This document shows positions 60,260 through 64,000 of a stretch of 64,000 nucleotides of DNA, one piece after another; positions within the stretch are counted from its first letter, which is position 1, and the number at the start of each line of letters is the position of its first letter. The notes beneath the pieces were generated by a model, which made no database searches, was not told the DNA's origin, and worked only from the letters and a program-made list of their open reading frames with translations. The translations under genes were made by a program, and so were the position numbers. Source of the stretch: an uncultured Holophagales bacterium (lineage in GTDB: Bacteria > Acidobacteriota > Thermoanaerobaculia > Multivoradales > UBA5704); contig CAWJGT010000003.1 of NCBI GenBank assembly GCA_963842525.1, positions 736,001-800,000 of the forward strand, given 5' to 3'.

Positions 60260-60403
60260 CCCCGGCCCCTCTCCCATCCGCACTCCCACCCCCGGGAGAG
60301 GGGAGGAAGAACCTCCCAGAATATTCTCTTCTTCTTCTCCTCTCCCCCCTCTCCCGGGGGAAGGGAGTGCGGATGGGAGAGGGGGGCCGGGGGGGGTGAG
60401 GGT
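60252..60403. repeat. Palindromic element overlapping the rluD start
   Basis: ACCCTCACCCCCGGCCCCTCTCCCATCCGCACTCCC ... GGGAGTGCGGATGGGAGAGGGGGGCCGGGGGGGGTGAGGGT. Confidence 0.88.
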
Positions 60404-60423
60404 TCCCACGGCGGCCAGCACCC

Positions 60424-61017
60424 CTACGGCGCCGCTTCGTTCGTCTCGTGCCGGTGGTGCTTGCGCGAGCGGAAGCTGTCGATCGCCATCAGCACGATGC
60501 CGATCGAGATCGCGCTGTCGGCAACGTTGAACGACGGCCAGTGGTGGGCGCCGACGTAGACGTCGACGAAGTCGGTCACTGCGCCGCTCGACATGCGGTC
60601 GATGAGGTTGCCGACGGCGCCGCCGACCACCAGGGCGAGGGCGACCAGCAGCAGGCGGTCGCGCGTGGGGGCGAACCAGAAGTAGACCCCGACGGCGGTC
60701 AGCGCGGCCAGGCCGAGCAGGGTCAGCAGCCAGCTCCCGTCCCCGACCCCCTGGGCGGCGAAGAGCCCGAAGGCGACGCCGGTGTTGCGCACGTGGGTCA
60801 GGTTCAGGAAGCCGGGGATCAGCGGTTGCGCCGTATGGTGGGGGAGGTGGACCTCCACCAGCCACTTGGTCCACTGGTCGAGGACGATCACCCCCAGCGA
60901 GACGAAGAGGTAGCGGAGCTTGGCGAGCGAGGCGCTCAAGGCGGCGCTCCCGGTCAGCGGGGGACGAACGTCGTCGGGTTCCACCATCGGCTCTCCTGTT
61001 CTGCTCTCTTGTTTCAT
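60424..61017 (-). CDS. lspA: Lipoprotein signal peptidase II
   Basis: LDQWTK, NTGVAFG, GGAVGNLIDR, VTDF, WPSFNVAD. Confidence 0.95.
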   Translation of the reverse strand: MKQESRTGEPMVEPDDVRPPLTGSAALSASLAKLRYLFVSLGVIVLDQWTKWLVEVHLPHHTAQPLIPGFLNLTHVRNTGVAFGLFAAQGVGDGSWLLTLLGLAALTAVGVYFWFAPTRDRLLLVALALVVGGAVGNLIDRMSSGAVTDFVDVYVGAHHWPSFNVADSAISIGIVLMAIDSFRSRKHHRHETNEAAP

Positions 61018-61634
61018 CGCGGGAAGCACCTGCGGGCCTCCCGGACCACCTCATCGAGGTCGGAGGGCGCCTGGAAGAGCCGGATCCCGGCGATCCCGGC
61101 GGCCCCGGCCGCAGCCGCCTCGCCGAACCGGTCTAGTGTAACCCCACCCAGCGCATAGACGGGAATTCCCATGGTCGCGGCTAGGGCCAGCTCGCCCGGC
61201 CCCCGGGGCGGGCCGAAGCGCGCCTTGCCCGGCGTCGGCCAGACCGGACCGAAGGTCACGTAGTCCGCTCCGTCGTGCAACGCCTGCTCGACCTCCTCGA
61301 CGTGGTGGGTCGAGAGGCCGAGGAGAACGCCCGGCCCGAAGCGCCTCCGCAACGCGGCGAGCGGCGGGCCGTCGGCGGGGAGATGGGCGCCGTCCGCACC
61401 AGCGGCAAGGGCGATGTCGACGCGGCCGTTGACCAGCAGGCGGGTGTCGGGCGGCAGGGCGGAGCGGGCGAGCCGGGCGAGGCCATGGAGGGACCGGTCA
61501 TCGAGGTCTTTTTCGCGGAGCTGGACCCCGTCGACCCCTGCCGCGGCGAGGGCGGCCAGCCACGGGGCGAGGCCACCCTCCGGCAGGGATGTCCGGTCGC
61601 TGATCGCGAGCTGCCTAAACCCTGGGGTCCGCAT
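61014..61634 (-). CDS. Thiamine phosphate synthase-family protein (ThiE/TenI-like)
   Basis: VQLREKD, GADGAHL, STH, ADYVTFGPVWPTPGK, YALGGV. Confidence 0.85.
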   Translation of the reverse strand: MRTPGFRQLAISDRTSLPEGGLAPWLAALAAAGVDGVQLREKDLDDRSLHGLARLARSALPPDTRLLVNGRVDIALAAGADGAHLPADGPPLAALRRRFGPGVLLGLSTHHVEEVEQALHDGADYVTFGPVWPTPGKARFGPPRGPGELALAATMGIPVYALGGVTLDRFGEAAAAGAAGIAGIRLFQAPSDLDEVVREARRCFPR

Positions 61635-61875
61635 CGGGGCTCCGCCCGGTCAGCAGCGCGTGCAGGTCGTGCGCCCCCCAGACCAGATGGACCAGCCCGA
61701 ACCCGGTGATGCCGCCGCGCACCACGGCGTGCGAGAGGAAATTTCGCAGTGCGACGAACGGAAGCTGGAGCACGGTGCGGTCCCACACGGTCATCCAGGG
61801 CACGAAGATGAGGAGGATCCCCGCTTCGATGCAATAGATGATGAAGAAGAGGCGCAGCAGGGTTGACGGGCGCAT
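61615..61875 (-). CDS. Small conserved membrane protein
   Basis: GGGAG-like context; IYCIEAGILLIFVPW..W..VRGGITGFGLVHL, two TMs. Confidence 0.65.
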   Translation of the reverse strand: MRPSTLLRLFFIIYCIEAGILLIFVPWMTVWDRTVLQLPFVALRNFLSHAVVRGGITGFGLVHLVWGAHDLHALLTGRSPDADPRV

Positions 61876-61903
61876 GGGCCGGGAGATTGTAATCGAACCC
61901 CCG

Positions 61904-61993
61904 GCCGCCCAGGACCAAAAGGACGGCAAGGACAGCAAAGACAGAGGGAGGGGGGTCCTTGTCGTCCTTGCTGTCCTTGCCGTCCTGGGCGGC
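61904..61993. repeat. Inverted repeat built from 9-bp units
   Basis: GCCGCCCAGGAC-CAAAAGGAC-GGCAAGGAC-AGCAAAGAC versus GTCCTTGTC-GTCCTTGCT-GTCCTTGCC-GTCCTGGGCGGC. Confidence 0.7.
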
Positions 61994-62001
61994 GGGTGGG
62001 C

Positions 62002-64000
62002 CTAATCCCGGCGGCGCCGGGGCGGACGTTCGCCGCCGCCCTGATCGCCGCCCCGCGACCGCTCGACCGTCTGGCGCCGCGGGCGCTCCGGCTCGGAGGA
62101 CCGGGTGCTCCGCTCCCGGGAGGCCGGACGCTCCGGCGGCGCCTGCATCCGCGGCGAGGCTTCTCCGCGATCACCGCGGTCACCGCGGTCGCGCGAGGAC
62201 GGCGCCGGCGCCGGCCGCTCGTAGCTCCTGGGCGCGATCACCCGCGGCTCCGGCCGCTCGCGGGGCTCGGGCCGCTCGGTGCGCTGCCGCTCCGTAGGCT
62301 CGGGCCGCTGCGGCCGTTCATACCCGCCGCGCTCCCGGTCGGCGGAGGACGGCCGGACCGGCTCGGGCTCCGTCCGCCGGATCGCCGGCCGCTCGGGCGG
62401 CTCGGCGCTGCGCGAGCGGGGCGTTGGACGGTCGTCTTCCCGCGGGGCGACCCGGATTGTCCGGTCGGGCCGGGGCGCGCCGCCGTCGGCCTCTGGCGCG
62501 GGCCGGTTGATCCGCGGTGTCTCGCGCACCGCCGGCCGCTCGGGTTGAGCGGGGCGAGCAGGATCACTGCCGCGGGTCTGGTTCCGCTCGCGGTCGCTGG
62601 GGACGATCCGGATGTTTCCGTTCGACCCGTTCGGCCGCGGAGCCCCGCCGTCGTCGTCCGGCGCAGGCCGTCCGACCCGCGGGGTGGCTCCCGCGGCTGG
62701 CCGCTGGGGACCCTGGCCAGTCTCGCCGCGGTCACCGCCGCGGTCACCGCCGCGAACTGCCGGCCGCTCGCCGCCGCGCACTGCCGGCCTTTGGGCGCCG
62801 CCGTCATCCCCTGGCACGGGCCGTCCGACCCGCGGCCGGGACCCTTCCGTGGGCGTCGCGCCGGGACGGTTTCCAGTGATCACTCGCGTGCTGGGCCGCT
62901 CGCCCTCGGTCTGCGGGCGCGGCACCTCGCGGGCGACGCGGGGCGTTTCGCCCTGGCCCGGCTCGCGGGGACCGAGCGTTCGCGGGCGCAGCGGCGTGCC
63001 GTCGAGCTGGTTTCCGTCACGGTCGGCCACCACCCTGCGCACCACCGTGTCGGGCAGCTCCGGCCTGCGGGTCACGAACGGCGTCACGTCAGGCAGGTCG
63101 CCACCTCCCTGAACACCGCCGCGCCGTCCGTTGGGCTGATCGCGCAGCACTCGCACCGCCGTCCGCGGGTCGTCCCAGGTGTCCGGCGGGATCGGCCGCG
63201 TGTCGGTGGTGATGATGCCGCGCTCCAGCGGCGTCCGGCCGCGCATCTGGTCGATCGGGACCGCGTGGCGCTGCACGTTCCAGTGGTTGCGCCAACGGTC
63301 ATGGGAGCCGTCCCGGAACCCGTCGCGGTAGCCGTGGCGGTAGCCGCGGAAGTAGTTGCTGGACACGAACGTCCAGTGGTTGAACCCGCCCCAGTCGCCG
63401 CCGGCCCAGCCGTAGACGCCGGAGCGGAAGCCGGAGTGGTACCGCGAGCCGTAGTAGCGGGTGTAATAGCCGGTCGGGCACCAGCCGACGTAGCTCGGGC
63501 CCCAGTACCAGTAGACCCAGGCGGGCGCGAAGCGGCGGCCCGGCTGCCAGACCCAGCCATGGACGGGGAGATAGTCCCAGGTCCCATAGTGGTAGGGAAC
63601 CCAGCCCCAGGGCTCGTAGGAGACCCAGGTCACGCCGCTCGGCGTCCAGGCCCAGCGGCCCTGCCAGTAGGGGCGCCAGCCGACGGCCACGCGCGGACGC
63701 CAGTAGGGGCGGTTCTCGTAGGTGACCCAGCTCCCATGGCGGGCCAGAGGCGCTGCGTCGTACCGCAGGTTGTCGTCGACGTAGCGCACGTCGGCGAGCT
63801 GGTCCTGGTCGAGGTTGCGCGCCCAGCGCTCGAGCGAGTCGTAGGAGCCGGCAGCCTCGACGTCTGCACCGGCCGAACGGTCCCCTTCGAGGTAGATCTG
63901 CTCGTCGGCGCGCACGATCTGCGAGCCGCGGTCGGTCACGACCTCGGCCTTGCCTTTGCGCACCACCACCTCGCTCCACTGCTCCTGGTCGGTGGTGACG
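62002..64000 (-). CDS. DUF6600-like protein with Pro/Arg-rich disordered tail (5' part outside the window)
   Basis: LARHGSW..WRP..GWRPYWQGRWAW..TWVSYEPWGWVPYHYGTW..WVWQPG..PAWV..VGWCP. Confidence 0.8.
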   Translation of the reverse strand, partial: VTTDQEQWSEVVVRKGKAEVVTDRGSQIVRADEQIYLEGDRSAGADVEAAGSYDSLERWARNLDQDQLADVRYVDDNLRYDAAPLARHGSWVTYENRPYWRPRVAVGWRPYWQGRWAWTPSGVTWVSYEPWGWVPYHYGTWDYLPVHGWVWQPGRRFAPAWVYWYWGPSYVGWCPTGYYTRYYGSRYHSGFRSGVYGWAGGDWGGFNHWTFVSSNYFRGYRHGYRDGFRDGSHDRWRNHWNVQRHAVPIDQMRGRTPLERGIITTDTRPIPPDTWDDPRTAVRVLRDQPNGRRGGVQGGGDLPDVTPFVTRRPELPDTVVRRVVADRDGNQLDGTPLRPRTLGPREPGQGETPRVAREVPRPQTEGERPSTRVITGNRPGATPTEGSRPRVGRPVPGDDGGAQRPAVRGGERPAVRGGDRGGDRGETGQGPQRPAAGATPRVGRPAPDDDGGAPRPNGSNGNIRIVPSDRERNQTRGSDPARPAQPERPAVRETPRINRPAPEADGGAPRPDRTIRVAPREDDRPTPRSRSAEPPERPAIRRTEPEPVRPSSADRERGGYERPQRPEPTERQRTERPEPRERPEPRVIAPRSYERPAPAPSSRDRGDRGDRGEASPRMQAPPERPASRERSTRSSEPERPRRQTVERSRGGDQGGGERPPRRRRD

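Noticed and set aside
60260-61054. 582-aa N-terminally extended RluD
   Set aside because: The extension is an alternative frame of lspA plus the palindromic repeat.
62002-63000. Short repeats in the Pro/Arg-rich tail (ERPAVR, DDGGAPRP, GDRG)
   Set aside because: Ordinary low-complexity disordered tail typical of this protein family.

Overview
High-GC bacterial chromosomal window. Gene content and repeat style suggest an Acidobacteriota/myxobacteria-like soil organism (inference only). Many conserved genes (hemE, etfB, fadE, lysC-lysA fusion, M14 peptidase, sigma54-type ATPase) carry single-base frameshifts, most likely long-read indel errors. The backbone is housekeeping, metabolic and signalling genes (hemE, pncA-like/pncB, hutU, fadE, etfBA, lysAC, murJ, rluD, lspA, thiE-like, several kinases), interspersed with many small toxin-antitoxin cassettes, several with the toxin cut off. 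Most notable: (1) a minus-strand operon encoding a STAND-type zinc-ribbon/cyclase-like/ATPase/TPR protein with a degenerate cyclase site, an 84-aa small protein, YcaO and an extended TfuA, i.e. a candidate thioamidation system with unknown substrate; (2) a collapsed type I-E CRISPR-Cas relic bracketed by an 84-bp duplication of the lysA 3' end, with a nested cas3 3'-end duplication around a BrnT/BrnA module; (3) a ~140-250 bp palindromic repeat family that sits in frame inside a sensor kinase and appears to supply the SD and GTG start of lysAC and rluD; (4) a 62-bp palindrome-rich tandem array; (5) a secreted 14-Cys protein ending in a defensin-like CS-alpha-beta motif; (6) a Cys/His-rich, PPP-ending upstream ORF whose last codons can pair with the SD of a TonB-dependent receptor. 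No rRNA, tRNA, integrase or transposase was recognised. All family assignments come from motif recognition, not database searches.
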